The notes: generated by a model from the letters alone, not told the origin. Positions 9,356 through 19,779 are shown, counted from the stretch's first letter. The stretch: 64,000 nucleotides of DNA from Acidimicrobiales bacterium (GCA_040902805.1 JBBDWQ010000026.1:4392-68391); one strand, 5' to 3'. Numbers and translations: made by a program.

Positions 9356-10615
9356 TTACGCGATGACGCCGTCGGCTCTGAGTTGGGCCAGGGCGTCGGC
9401 CGTCAGGCCCAGTTCTGTCGTCAGCACCTCGTCGGTGTGCTCGCCGAGCCAGGGGATCCGCGTCTCTGGGCCCTCGGCGACCTGGGTGAGCTTCACGGGG
9501 TTGCCGGGGATGAGCACCGGCTCCAAGACGCCGTCAGTGCGGGGCATCTCGACGAGCATGTGACGAGCCGCGACATGCGGGTCGCCCACGACCTCGTCGT
9601 CGCGGAAGCACGGACCCGCGGCGATGCCGGCAGCCGACATGGCCTCGCAGGCCTCGATGCGCGTCATCTCCGCGGCCCACCGCTCGACCGCGGGGCGGAT
9701 GAGGTCATCGAGGTGGTCCACCCAGCCCTGCCGTGCCGCGAGGCGTGGGTCGTCTGTCCAACCCGGTTGGCCGACAAGCTCGGCCAGCTTGGCGAACTGC
9801 GGTTCGCGGCCAACTTGGATGATGAACCACCCGTCGTTGGCCCGGAAGCCGTCCATGATGAGGGGGGCGACGTCGCCTCCGCGGAGCCCCAGCGACCAGA
9901 AGTTCGTCACGAGGTCGGTCATCGCGACCATGGCATCGAGCATCGCGATGTCGATGTGCTGGCCGACCCCGGTGGCGTCGCGATGCCGCAGGGCGGCAAG
10001 CACGCCGATCACGGCGTAGAGGCCCGAGCCGATGTCCCCCAGCGCGCCCACGGGGGCGACGAGTGGCGGAGCGTCACCGCGCCGCTTGAACTCGTAGATG
10101 CCCGACATTGCCTCGACGATTGGTGCAAACGCGGGCCAGGCGTCGTAGGGCGACCGCGTCTCACCTGCGGATGCCGCGTTGCCGAAGCCGGACACCGACA
10201 GGTAGATCACCGCTGGGTGGACCCTCGCGACATCCGCGTACCCAAGGCCAAGGCGCGCCATCGCGCCAGCTTTGGAGTTCTCGGCCACGACATCGAACTT
10301 CGGCGCCAGGTCCAGCACGAGCTGGCGGCCTGCGTCGGTCTTGAGGTCGACGCACACGCTGCGCTTGCCCAGGTTGTTGCGCAGGAAGGTGGCGCCGACG
10401 GAGCGTCCCTGGGGATCGGTCATCGCAGGCTGCGAGCCCCGGCCGAGGTCGCCGCCCTTGGGGTGCTCCACCTTCACGACCTCGGCGCCGAGCCGACTGA
10501 GGAGCTGGGTGGCGTAGGGGAGGGCCTGCATCTGCTCGAGAGCCAGGATGCGCACGCCGTCGAGAGGCTTTCCGTTGCCCGCGGCAGCGGCGTTGGCGAT
10601 GTCTCCGAGGCGCAC
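9356..10615 (-). CDS. CaiB/BaiF family III CoA-transferase
   Basis: PLDGVRIL, LGAEVVKVE, NLGKRSV, SGFG, GALGD; GTG start after TACCGT. Confidence 0.92.
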   Translation of the reverse strand: MRLGDIANAAAAGNGKPLDGVRILALEQMQALPYATQLLSRLGAEVVKVEHPKGGDLGRGSQPAMTDPQGRSVGATFLRNNLGKRSVCVDLKTDAGRQLVLDLAPKFDVVAENSKAGAMARLGLGYADVARVHPAVIYLSVSGFGNAASAGETRSPYDAWPAFAPIVEAMSGIYEFKRRGDAPPLVAPVGALGDIGSGLYAVIGVLAALRHRDATGVGQHIDIAMLDAMVAMTDLVTNFWSLGLRGGDVAPLIMDGFRANDGWFIIQVGREPQFAKLAELVGQPGWTDDPRLAARQGWVDHLDDLIRPAVERWAAEMTRIEACEAMSAAGIAAGPCFRDDEVVGDPHVAARHMLVEMPRTDGVLEPVLIPGNPVKLTQVAEGPETRIPWLGEHTDEVLTTELGLTADALAQLRADGVIA

Positions 10616-10633
10616 GTCCGGACGGTACGACAA

Positions 10634-10652
10634 ATGTGACGACCCGTCAGAT
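10634..10652. promoter_or_regulatory. Operator family B (ATCTGAC-N5-GTCAGAT), copy 1
   Basis: ATGTGAC GACCC GTCAGAT in the 56-bp divergent promoter. Confidence 0.75.
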
Positions 10653-10671
10653 TCCCTCGTACGCTCGTCGC

Positions 10672-12042
10672 ATGACTCGTGGGATCCTCGGCGCCGCTGT
10701 CTACGTGCCCCACTGGCGCCTCGATCGCAGCACCATCGCCGCGGTGGCGGGCAACGGGGGGGGCATGGGCACCCGCGCCGTGGCCGGCTACGACGAGGAC
10801 ACCACCACGATGGGGGTCGAGGCGGCACGAGCGGTGCTCCATGGCAGCGCCATCGCACCCCACACGCTGTGGTTCTCCACAGTCGCGCCTGCCTACGCCG
10901 ACAAGACCAACGCCACCACGATTCACGCCGCCCTCCGACTCGGCGCCGACGTGGGCGCCTTCGACGCCAACGGGTCGGTGCGCTCGGCCATGGGCGCCCT
11001 TCACGCCGCCCTCGCTGGGCGCGGCACCCACCTCGTGGTGAGCGCCGACCTGCGGGCCGGCCTCGCCGGTGGTCCCGACGAGTCCACCTTCGGCGACGCC
11101 GCCGCCGCACTGGTGGTGGGGAGCGAAGACGACGGCCCAGTGCTGGCCGAGCTGATCGGCGGCGGATGGGCCACGGAGGAGTTCCTCGACCGTTGGCGCA
11201 CGCCCGGCGAGGCGCGGTCCAGGGTGTGGGAGGAGCGCTTCGGCGAGACCCGTTACGTGCCCCTCGGTCAAGCTGCTTGGGACGACGCGCTGAAGACCGG
11301 TGGGCTCGTGGCCGAGCAGGTCGACCAGGTGGTGGTGGCCGGCACCCACAGCCGCGCCAACGCGGCGCTGGCCAAGAAGCTCGGCGTTGGCGAACGCCTC
11401 GTCCCCGACCATCGCGACACGGTGGGCAACGTCGGTGCCGCCCAGCCCGCCGTTGGACTCACGGCTGGCTTGGAGGCATCCCGGCCGGGCCAGGTGATCG
11501 CCCTGGTGGTGTTGGCCGACGGCGCCCACGTGCAGCTCTTCCGCACCACCGACGCGCTCGCGTCTTGGGCGCCCGCCGCGACCGTCGCCGACCAGGCTGG
11601 CGGGGGTGCCCCGATCCCGTACGGCACGTATCTGCGTTGGCGCGGCGTCCTTCCTGCCGAGCCGCCCCGCCGCCCCGAGCCAGCCCGCACGTCGGCCTCC
11701 GCCTCGGCCCGCTCGACCGAGTGGAAGCTCGGCTTCGTCGGCTCGGCTGACGACGACGGCGAGATCCACCTCCCACCCCAGCCCCTCGACGCCACCGCCG
11801 TGCCCATGGCCGATGCCACGGGCACGATCGTCACCTTCACGGTGGACCGTCTCGCGTACTCGCCGAGCCCGCCCGTGGTGTTTGCCGTGGTGGACTTCGA
11901 CCGTGGAGGCCGTCTGCCGGTGGAGCTCACCGACCTCGACGTCGACCAGGTGCGCATCGGTGCCCGCGTGGCGCTCACGTTCCGCAAGCTGTTCACGAGC
12001 GACGGGATCCACAACTACTTCTGGAAGGCGAGACTGGTCTGA
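10672..12042 (+). CDS. HMG-CoA-synthase-like + DUF35 OB-fold fusion protein
   Basis: YVPHWRL, DEDTTTMGVEAAR, GDAAAA, GNVGAA; C-terminal VTFTVDRLAYSPSPP...VELTD...NYFWK OB-fold. Confidence 0.85.
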   Translation: MTRGILGAAVYVPHWRLDRSTIAAVAGNGGGMGTRAVAGYDEDTTTMGVEAARAVLHGSAIAPHTLWFSTVAPAYADKTNATTIHAALRLGADVGAFDANGSVRSAMGALHAALAGRGTHLVVSADLRAGLAGGPDESTFGDAAAALVVGSEDDGPVLAELIGGGWATEEFLDRWRTPGEARSRVWEERFGETRYVPLGQAAWDDALKTGGLVAEQVDQVVVAGTHSRANAALAKKLGVGERLVPDHRDTVGNVGAAQPAVGLTAGLEASRPGQVIALVVLADGAHVQLFRTTDALASWAPAATVADQAGGGAPIPYGTYLRWRGVLPAEPPRRPEPARTSASASARSTEWKLGFVGSADDDGEIHLPPQPLDATAVPMADATGTIVTFTVDRLAYSPSPPVVFAVVDFDRGGRLPVELTDLDVDQVRIGARVALTFRKLFTSDGIHNYFWKARLV

Positions 12043-13241
12043 TGGGCTCACACGGGATCAAGGACCGGGTGGCGATTGTGGGCATGGGCTGTACACGTTT
12101 CGCCGAGCACTGGGACAAGGGGCTCGATGACCTGCTCCTCGACGCCACTGGCGAGGCGTTCGCCAGCGCGGGGGTGACAAAGGAAGAGGTCGACGCCTAC
12201 TGGCTCGGCACGGCCCAAGGCGGCATGTCGGGGATGCTGCTCGCCAAGCCGCTGCAGCTCGAAGGCAAGCCCGTTACGCGCGTCGAGAACATGTGCGCCA
12301 CCGGATCCGAAGCGCTGCGACAGGCCGCGTACGCGGTCGCATCGGGCGCGTACGACCTTGCGATGGCCGTGGGTGTGGAGAAGGTGAAGGACTCGGGCTA
12401 CCAAGGGCTCAATGCGTTCCCTGTCCCAAGTGACGGCACCCAGCGCACCTTGACCGCGGCCGCGATGTTCTCGATGGTCGCACCCGCCTACGCGGAACGC
12501 TACGGAGTCCCCATGGCGGACCTGAAGGCCACGCTTGCTCGCATCGCATCGAAGAACCACTACAACGGCGCTCGGAACCCGAGGGCACAGTTCCGGCGTG
12601 AGATGTCGGTGGAGCAGATTGTCGCCATGCCCGACGTCGCCGGCTGCTTGTCGGTGTTCGACTGTGCGGGCGTGGCCGACGGGGCCGCGGCGGCCATTGT
12701 GTGCCGAGCCGAGGACGCCCACCGGTACACCGACAACCCGCTGTACGTGAAGGCCCTGAGCTTCGTGGCTGGAAACGGGTCAGGGCTCACCGACCCGTCC
12801 TACGACTACACCACGTTCCCCGAGATTGCCGCCTGCGCGGCTGATGCGTACGCACAGGCTGGGATCACCGACCCCCGCACCGAGCTGGCCATGGCTGAGG
12901 TGCATGACTGCTTCACGCCCACTGAGCTCGTACTCATGGAAGACCTTGGCTTCTGCGAGCGGGGTACCGCCTGGAAGGAGATCAACGCAGGAGCCTTTGA
13001 TCTCACCGGTGACCTGCCGGTGAATCCCGACGGGGGACTCAAGAGCTTTGGCCACCCGGTGGGGGCGTCCGGGCTTCGGATGTTCTTCGAAGCCTGGTTG
13101 CAGCTACGCAACGAGGCGCCCGCCGAGCGTCAGATCGCCACGACCACCGACCGTCATCTCGCTCTCACCCACAACCTGGGCGGCTACCCGGGCGAGATGG
13201 TGAGCTTCGTGGGCATCGTTGGCACGGAGCTGGCCAACTAG
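12042..13241 (+). CDS. SCP2-type thiolase / acetyl-CoA acetyltransferase (PhlC/BbsB-like)
   Basis: ENMCATGS, HDCF, GHPVGASG; TGATG coupling to upstream gene. Confidence 0.9.
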   Translation: MGSHGIKDRVAIVGMGCTRFAEHWDKGLDDLLLDATGEAFASAGVTKEEVDAYWLGTAQGGMSGMLLAKPLQLEGKPVTRVENMCATGSEALRQAAYAVASGAYDLAMAVGVEKVKDSGYQGLNAFPVPSDGTQRTLTAAAMFSMVAPAYAERYGVPMADLKATLARIASKNHYNGARNPRAQFRREMSVEQIVAMPDVAGCLSVFDCAGVADGAAAAIVCRAEDAHRYTDNPLYVKALSFVAGNGSGLTDPSYDYTTFPEIAACAADAYAQAGITDPRTELAMAEVHDCFTPTELVLMEDLGFCERGTAWKEINAGAFDLTGDLPVNPDGGLKSFGHPVGASGLRMFFEAWLQLRNEAPAERQIATTTDRHLALTHNLGGYPGEMVSFVGIVGTELAN

Positions 13242-13258
13242 CCGTACGCTCCCGGCCC

Positions 13259-14971
13259 ATGCAGCTGCGCGTGGACCGAGTCGAGGTGCGCGGCGCTCGT
13301 CCGCACGACCTCGAGGTCGACTGGACGGCATCGGGGGAACTGGTCACGTGGTCGGTCGCGAACCGCGCCGACGATCCTGTCGCAGTCGACGCGGTGGCGT
13401 TGGTCTGCCGACTCGAAGCCGTGGTCGAGCCGTTGCGCGTCCTCCGACACGGCTACCAGTCATGGTCACCGACGGCGGTGGCGACGTTTCGGGTGGACGA
13501 CGACCCGTCACGCGCCCCGGGGGCCCGTTCGCTGGTGCTCGGCATGCACCACGCTGACGCCGGGATAGCGGAGGCCGGAGAGCTGCGCAGCGAGCTGGTG
13601 ACGGCGATGCGGGACGGCGTCGGCTCCGTCGTCGTCATCGGGTTTCTCGGGGGATCGGAGCACGACGGCACGATCCGCGTACGCGCCGCCCGCGACGGCT
13701 CGAACGAGATCGAGGTCTGGATCGAGGCCTACCTCGGCGGCGCAGTGCTCGAGAGCAGCGAGCGACGTGACCTCCACGACGTGTCGCTGTCGCGAGGTGA
13801 AGGAGATGCCTCGCCGCTTCTCGAAGCGTGGGCTGCGGAATTTGGCTCGGCCGCCAGCGCGCGTACCTCAGCCCCGTACCAAGTCGGTTGGTGCTCCTGG
13901 TACCACTACTTCCACTCGGTCTCCGAGGCCGATCTCCGCGGCAACCTGGCCGAGGCGAGCAAGTGGCCCTTCGACGTGTTCCAGCTCGATGACGGCTTCC
14001 AGTCCGCCATCGGCGATTGGCTCACCACCAACGATCGCTTTCCGACACCTATCGATGGGATCGCGGCGGCCATCGCCGCCGAAGGCCGAACTCCCGGGGT
14101 CTGGCTGGCGCCGTTCCTCGCTGGACCCTTCTCACGCGTCTACGCCGAGCACCCGGAGTGGACGGCCACGCACGCCCCCTCCGGCAGACCGCTCGTCGGC
14201 ATGGTCAACGACGGGTGGGGTGGTGCGGTGTACACGCTGGACACGACCAACCCTGAGGTGCTGCAGCGCATCGAAGATGTATCGCGGGCGTTGGTCGATG
14301 CGGGCTTCCCATACCTCAAGCTCGACTTCACCTACGCCCCGTCGCTCCCGGGTCACTATCTAGATCCCAGCCGAACCCCAGCGCAGCGTGTACGAGCAGG
14401 GTTCGAAGCTGTTCGACGCGGCGCAGGTGAGGCTGCGTTCCTGCTGGGATGTGGCGCCCCGTTGGGCTCGACGGCGGGTGTGGTCGACGGCATGCGCATC
14501 GGAGCCGACGTCGGGCCGTGGTGGCACGTACCGGAGGGCGCCTATCGACCCCCGGGCCACGCGGGTGGTGAGCCGGCGACAGTCAACGCGTGGCGCAACA
14601 CGCTGAGCAGGTCGTTCCTGCATCGACGGCTTTGGCTCAACGACCCGGATTGCCTGATGCTGCGCACCGACAAGACGCAGCTCGATGCGGAACAGGTCCG
14701 GGCGTGGGCCCTCGCGGTAGGCGTGAGCGGTGGGATGGCCCTGGTGTCTGACGACCTCTCGATGTTGGGTGCTGACGCTCGCGCCCTGCTCGACGAGGTC
14801 GTTGCGTTGGGGCGGGAGGCTGATGCCGAGTCGATTCTGGCGAGTGGACATCCCCCCCGCTGTCGCGACCTGCTCGACAGCGATCCTCCGGCCCGACTGG
14901 CGACGTCAACAGTTGAACTCGTTGGGGATCCCGACGCGGGCTCGGCGCACGTGCAGGGGCTCCTTGCCTAG
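13259..14971 (+). CDS. Glycoside hydrolase family 36 (alpha-galactosidase-like)
   Basis: GWCSWY, QLDDGFQ, GVWLAPF, YLKLDF, MRIGAD, NDPDC. Confidence 0.88.
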   Translation: MQLRVDRVEVRGARPHDLEVDWTASGELVTWSVANRADDPVAVDAVALVCRLEAVVEPLRVLRHGYQSWSPTAVATFRVDDDPSRAPGARSLVLGMHHADAGIAEAGELRSELVTAMRDGVGSVVVIGFLGGSEHDGTIRVRAARDGSNEIEVWIEAYLGGAVLESSERRDLHDVSLSRGEGDASPLLEAWAAEFGSAASARTSAPYQVGWCSWYHYFHSVSEADLRGNLAEASKWPFDVFQLDDGFQSAIGDWLTTNDRFPTPIDGIAAAIAAEGRTPGVWLAPFLAGPFSRVYAEHPEWTATHAPSGRPLVGMVNDGWGGAVYTLDTTNPEVLQRIEDVSRALVDAGFPYLKLDFTYAPSLPGHYLDPSRTPAQRVRAGFEAVRRGAGEAAFLLGCGAPLGSTAGVVDGMRIGADVGPWWHVPEGAYRPPGHAGGEPATVNAWRNTLSRSFLHRRLWLNDPDCLMLRTDKTQLDAEQVRAWALAVGVSGGMALVSDDLSMLGADARALLDEVVALGREADAESILASGHPPRCRDLLDSDPPARLATSTVELVGDPDAGSAHVQGLLA

Positions 14972-14989
14972 TCGGCACCCATTTGGTCG

Positions 14990-16480
14990 CTACCGAAGGA
15001 TCGGCAGCGTGGATCGGAAGGCGTCTGCAAACGGGAAGTCAGTGCGGAACCCATAGGTCTCCATCCACCCGTTGTCGAGGAGCTGGAACAGATCCGACAC
15101 GGGCGTGTCGTGTCCGGCGCACGGGACGTTGGCTGTACCCGGCGCCTCGTAGTGCGGTGTGTTGAGGAAGCGATCACGCGACGCACCGTTGTACCTGAAC
15201 CGACCGAAGGCGTTGCCGATGTTCCGCCCTTCTGGATCCCGCGTCCCCGGGTCCCACTGCGACATCTTCTTCAGCCGCCAGTTGGTCTGGATGAACTTGA
15301 GGATCGAGGTGTGATCGTAGACACGGTGGTCGACGCGACCGCCAGACGCGAACGGGCTGATGAGCTGTGTCGGCACGCGGAAGCCGAGCTTGCCAAACTC
15401 GCCAGCCGGGTCGGCGCTGCGCGGGTCGGCCACCTCTGGCGGCGTGACGTGGTCCCAGAACCCACCCCACTCGTCATAGGTGACGAACAGGGCGCCGTCG
15501 TGCCAGTGCTTCGACTCCATGAACGAGCGCGTCACGTCGGACAGGAGCATCTGACCCAGTCGGATGTCGGCCCAAGGGTGATCGTCGTTGGCGAGGCCAT
15601 CTGGTGCGACGAAGAACGGGTCGATGAACGCCACCTGCGGGAGGGTCCCGGCGGCGCAGTCGGCGTAGTACTCGGAGATGTGCCGGGCTCCCTTGGCGTG
15701 TCGGGCGCCCCAGAGGGCGATCACGGGGAGGTTGGAGTAGTAGTACTTCCAGGTCACGCCCCGGGCGTCGAGTGCGGTCCAGATGGTTGGCCAATCGAAG
15801 CCTGCTGCCCACTCAGGGTTCTCGGTCGCGCGCTGTGGGGGGAAGTCGTTGTTGGTGATGCCACCGGTCTGAGCCGAGTGCATGTACTCGCGGTTCGGGT
15901 AGGTCGACCCGAGCCATGAGCAGAAGTAGCGGTCGAACGTCGTGAACTGCTCCGTGAGGGCTGCGGTCACCGGAATGTCGTCGGGCTGGTAGTACGACAC
16001 CGCGAACTCGTCATTCCCGGAGTTGGTGTTCAGGAAGCCGTCGGGCGCGGTGCCACCGACCATGTAGCTCGTCTCTGCCTTGCCGTTCCCGATCTGAGCG
16101 ACGCCGGCGGAGTGTCCGTGACCCGGGTCCTCGAACCCGCAGCCGGAGAAGTCACTCCGGGCGCTGCCGGTGCCCCAGTGCTCAGTCGGCACGGATCCGC
16201 CAGTGGCATCGGAGTGGTACGAGCCGGTCTGCGTCGCGTCGAACTTGTCGCCAGCGAAGTCGTCGCTTCCGTACCAGCCGAGGTAGTGGTCGACGGAGCG
16301 GTTCTCCATCATCACCACCACGACGTGATCGATCGGGGTGGTCGGACTCACGTGGTGAAGGCCGAGGCTGGGGAGGGCCAGGTTCACCGGTCCGGCGTGG
16401 GCGGCGGGCTTCCCGGCGGCGAGCAGGCCAGCCCCGGCGGCGGCGGACTTGATGAACGAGCGGCGATCCAAAGGTGACAT
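14990..16480 (-). CDS. Tat-secreted phosphoesterase (phospholipase C/acid phosphatase family)
   Basis: DRRSFIK Tat signal; VMMENRSVDH, TYPNR, DDHP, YDEWGGFWDH, GFRVP, YDHTS. Confidence 0.9.
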   Translation of the reverse strand: MSPLDRRSFIKSAAAGAGLLAAGKPAAHAGPVNLALPSLGLHHVSPTTPIDHVVVVMMENRSVDHYLGWYGSDDFAGDKFDATQTGSYHSDATGGSVPTEHWGTGSARSDFSGCGFEDPGHGHSAGVAQIGNGKAETSYMVGGTAPDGFLNTNSGNDEFAVSYYQPDDIPVTAALTEQFTTFDRYFCSWLGSTYPNREYMHSAQTGGITNNDFPPQRATENPEWAAGFDWPTIWTALDARGVTWKYYYSNLPVIALWGARHAKGARHISEYYADCAAGTLPQVAFIDPFFVAPDGLANDDHPWADIRLGQMLLSDVTRSFMESKHWHDGALFVTYDEWGGFWDHVTPPEVADPRSADPAGEFGKLGFRVPTQLISPFASGGRVDHRVYDHTSILKFIQTNWRLKKMSQWDPGTRDPEGRNIGNAFGRFRYNGASRDRFLNTPHYEAPGTANVPCAGHDTPVSDLFQLLDNGWMETYGFRTDFPFADAFRSTLPILR

Positions 16481-16485
16481 AAGGG

Positions 16486-17943
16486 TCAAGTTCGACGCTC
16501 AGCGGCCGCTTCCTGCGCCTCCAAAGCGGCGAGCGCTCGGCGGTCGACCTTTTGCATTGCCGTGAGCGGGACCTCCTCGACGATCCGAATCGCCTCCGGG
16601 AGCTTGTACCGGGCCAGGCGCGGCTCGAGAAAGGCCCGAACCTCGGACAGGCTCGGGGGCCGCTTCGGATCGCGGGGCACGAGGATGGCCACGCCGATCT
16701 CGCCCATCACCTCATCGGGTCGCGGGACCACGACTGCATCCACGACGTCAGGATGGTCGGTGAGTCCGGCTTCCACCTCGGCTGGGTACACGTTGTAGCC
16801 CCCGCGGATGAACATCTCCTTGAGCCGACCCGCCAGACGAAGGTTGCCGCGTTCGTCGATCCTTCCGAGGTCCCCCGTGCGTAGCCAGCCGCCGACGAGC
16901 GCAGACGCAGTGGCCTCCGGGTCGTGCCAGTACTCCGAGAGCGCGGTGGGGGTGCGCAGCCAGACCTCGCCCACCTCGCCGCCACCTGCCGGAGCGCCAG
17001 CATCATCGTGGATGGCGACCTCGATCCCACCACGCGGCTTGCCCACCGTGTGCAGCGCCTCGTCGTCGTCGGCGTCGAACGCGGTTCCCGTGCCACAGCC
17101 ACCGGACTCGGTGGACGAGTAGCGGATCGAGTACCCGGGCGCCAGACGCGCTCGCGCCTCGCGGACCAGCGCTGGCGGCGACGCCGCGGCGCCGACGATG
17201 AGCGCCTTGAGTGCCGTGAGGTCGTACGAGTCGAGGTCCTCGCGAAGCAGGAGTGCCACCTGCGGGGCGACGGCGCCCAGTGTGGTGATCCCGTGCTCAG
17301 CGATGCAGGCGAGTGTGTCGGCGGCACGCCAGCGCCCCAGCACGTGGGTGGTGCTTCCCGTGCGCAGGTACCACGGGAGCTTGGTCATGAACCCGATGTG
17401 CGCGAACTGCGTGCTGGCCAGCATCGGGCTGGGCGGCGTGTCGGGGTCGCCCCAAGCGTCCGCCACGTCGATGCGGGTGATGGCGGCCAGCTGGCGTTCG
17501 CGGAAGAGCGCGCCTTTGGGTTGGCCAGTTGTCCCTGAGGTGAACACGAGGGCAATGGCGCGGTCGAGGTCGTCGGCGAGTACGCCGACATGTCCCGGAC
17601 GGCGCAGACCATCTACGTCACCGGTGCTGTTTAGGGTGAGCGCAGGCTCGGCGATGGCAGCGATCGCCTCCTGCTCAGGCGGTGCGAGGCGCGGGTTCAC
17701 ACCAGCGGCGATGGCACCCACCTTGGCCGCGGCTGCGTACGCGATCACGTAGGCGCTGTCTGACGGCAGCCGCAGGAGCACAACGTCTCCGGCCCCGACG
17801 CCCGTGGCGAGCATCCCTGCCGCAACCTCGTCCGACCGTTGGTGGAGGTCGGCGTAGGACAGGCGTGAGAGGTCGGGGTCGACGAACGCCGTGCGGGGAC
17901 CGAACCGCTCCGCCGCGAGGCGCACGGTGGTCGCGAGCGTCAT
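16486..17943 (-). CDS. Acyl-CoA synthetase (AMP-binding)
   Basis: FTSGTTGQPKG, YSSTE, RTGDLG, GGYNVYPAEVE. Confidence 0.92.
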   Translation of the reverse strand: MTLATTVRLAAERFGPRTAFVDPDLSRLSYADLHQRSDEVAAGMLATGVGAGDVVLLRLPSDSAYVIAYAAAAKVGAIAAGVNPRLAPPEQEAIAAIAEPALTLNSTGDVDGLRRPGHVGVLADDLDRAIALVFTSGTTGQPKGALFRERQLAAITRIDVADAWGDPDTPPSPMLASTQFAHIGFMTKLPWYLRTGSTTHVLGRWRAADTLACIAEHGITTLGAVAPQVALLLREDLDSYDLTALKALIVGAAASPPALVREARARLAPGYSIRYSSTESGGCGTGTAFDADDDEALHTVGKPRGGIEVAIHDDAGAPAGGGEVGEVWLRTPTALSEYWHDPEATASALVGGWLRTGDLGRIDERGNLRLAGRLKEMFIRGGYNVYPAEVEAGLTDHPDVVDAVVVPRPDEVMGEIGVAILVPRDPKRPPSLSEVRAFLEPRLARYKLPEAIRIVEEVPLTAMQKVDRRALAALEAQEAAAERRT

Positions 17944-18746
17944 CTGATGGTGGGGTCGATGCGTTGACCGGAGGAGAAGGTGGTCTGGCCCTCGGCCAAG
18001 GCTTCCTTGCTCATGGCCAGGTTCAAGAAGGTGTTGCCGACATCCAGCATCTGCGATCGGGTGAGCTCACGGGCGGTCCAGAGCGAGCGAAGGCTGGCCT
18101 GCACTGCCGTTGGCGGCTGTGAGGCGATGGCCGCGGCGATTCGATGAGCGGCGACGAGGAGGTCAGCGGCGGGCACGACCTCGGTGACCAAGCCGATCTC
18201 GAGTGCTCGCGCTGCGCTGATGCGTTCGTGGTTCCCGAGGAGCGTCATGCGCATCACCTCGCCGAAGGGCATCTTCTGCAGCATCAGGGCCGGCTCGAAC
18301 ACAGCGGGCATGCCGTAGGTGACATGCGGGTCGAAGAAGGTGGCGTGATCGGCGGCCACCAGGATGTCGGCCTCACCGAGGAGGTAGAAGGCGCCACCGC
18401 AGGCCATCCCGTTGATCGCCGCGACGACTGGCTTCCAGCACTCGTTGCTGCGCGGGCCGAGTCGCTGGCCGGGGTCCTCATAGGTGAGGGGATCGAAGGT
18501 GTACTCGACACCGCCGTCGGAAGGGACCTCGGAGCGGTCGATGCCCGTGCAGAATGCCTTGTCGCCCGCCGCGGTGACCACGACCGCCCGGACGTCGTCG
18601 GCTTCCCTCACGTGGGACCATGTGGCTGCCATCTCGTCGCACATGGTCGTGGTGAAGGCGTTGTAGCTGTCCTCGCGATCGAGCGTGATCATTGCGACGC
18701 CGTCGGCGGATTCGAAGCGGATCGTGGTGAGCGCGGCGGGGTCCAT
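17940..18746 (-). CDS. Enoyl-CoA hydratase/isomerase
   Basis: AFCTGID, KPVVAAINGMACGG, FFDPHV. Confidence 0.9.
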   Translation of the reverse strand: MDPAALTTIRFESADGVAMITLDREDSYNAFTTTMCDEMAATWSHVREADDVRAVVVTAAGDKAFCTGIDRSEVPSDGGVEYTFDPLTYEDPGQRLGPRSNECWKPVVAAINGMACGGAFYLLGEADILVAADHATFFDPHVTYGMPAVFEPALMLQKMPFGEVMRMTLLGNHERISAARALEIGLVTEVVPAADLLVAAHRIAAAIASQPPTAVQASLRSLWTARELTRSQMLDVGNTFLNLAMSKEALAEGQTTFSSGQRIDPTIR

Positions 18747-18801
18747 CGGCCTTGACGCTATTCGCGTGAGTCCACGCCCGGGGAACTGGCAGGCTCAGCC
18801 C

Positions 18802-19779
18802 ATGACCGAGCTCCGGTGGGCGCCGCCCTCTCGTGACGACGATGTGCAGTGGCTGGGGCTCCTCGCTGCCATCGAGGCCGTTGATCGACGCGGCGAGACC
18901 CTTGAGCTCGACGATCTCGATGATGAGTGGACATCGGTGTGGTCGCACCCGGAGACCGACGCATTGTTCGGCTGGAACGGTCCGGAGCTGGTGGCGTTCG
19001 CCTGGCTCAAGGCCATGCCAGGGGAGCGTGCAGCACACAAGGTGATGTGCTGGGGCGGTGTTCGCCCGAGTCATCGTCGGAGAGGGATCGGCACCCAGGT
19101 GCTCGAGTGGTCGCTGCAGCAGGCCACCGAGATCAGCCGGGGGTTCGAAGGCTCACTGCCGGTGTCTGTGCAAGTCGACGCCACGGAACGGCAGCCCGAT
19201 GTGGTCGCCCTGGCGACGGCTCATGGCTTCGAGCCGGTGCGCCACTTCATCGAGACTGCTCGGGCTACGGCCGACGCCGTCCCTGACCTGCCGGCGCCGC
19301 GCGGACTCCACCTCCTGCCGTGGAGCGACACCCTCGACGAGGAGACGAGGCTCGCCCACATGGAGGCCTTCGCCGACCACTGGGGGAGCGAGCCCCGCAC
19401 CCCCGAGGCGTGGAAGCAGTGGTACACGGGCCACCGCGGGTTTCGCGTCGACCTCTCGCGACTCGCGGTCGATCGATCGTCCGAGCAGGTCGCGTCGCTT
19501 GTGCTCTGCGGTGCGTACCCCCAGGACTGGGCATCGGGCCCGGTGGAGGTGTGGGTGACCACCGTTGGCACACGCCCCGCGTGGCGCGGGCAAGGAGTGG
19601 GTCGCTGGGTGCTGGGCGACGTCCTGCGCCGGATCGCCGACGCTGATGACGGATTCGAGCGCGCCATCCTTGGCGTCGACGAAGAGAACCCGACGGGTGC
19701 GCTGCGCCTCTATCGGGCGCTCGGCTTCACCACTGACGTACGCCGCATGACATTGCTGGAGCGTTGTCCGCTCAGCTGA
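18802..19779 (+). CDS. Tandem GNAT acetyltransferase
   Basis: Two acetyl-CoA loops (VRPSHRRRGIG, TRPAWRGQGVG), ALRLYRALGF. Confidence 0.88.
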   Translation: MTELRWAPPSRDDDVQWLGLLAAIEAVDRRGETLELDDLDDEWTSVWSHPETDALFGWNGPELVAFAWLKAMPGERAAHKVMCWGGVRPSHRRRGIGTQVLEWSLQQATEISRGFEGSLPVSVQVDATERQPDVVALATAHGFEPVRHFIETARATADAVPDLPAPRGLHLLPWSDTLDEETRLAHMEAFADHWGSEPRTPEAWKQWYTGHRGFRVDLSRLAVDRSSEQVASLVLCGAYPQDWASGPVEVWVTTVGTRPAWRGQGVGRWVLGDVLRRIADADDGFERAILGVDEENPTGALRLYRALGFTTDVRRMTLLERCPLS

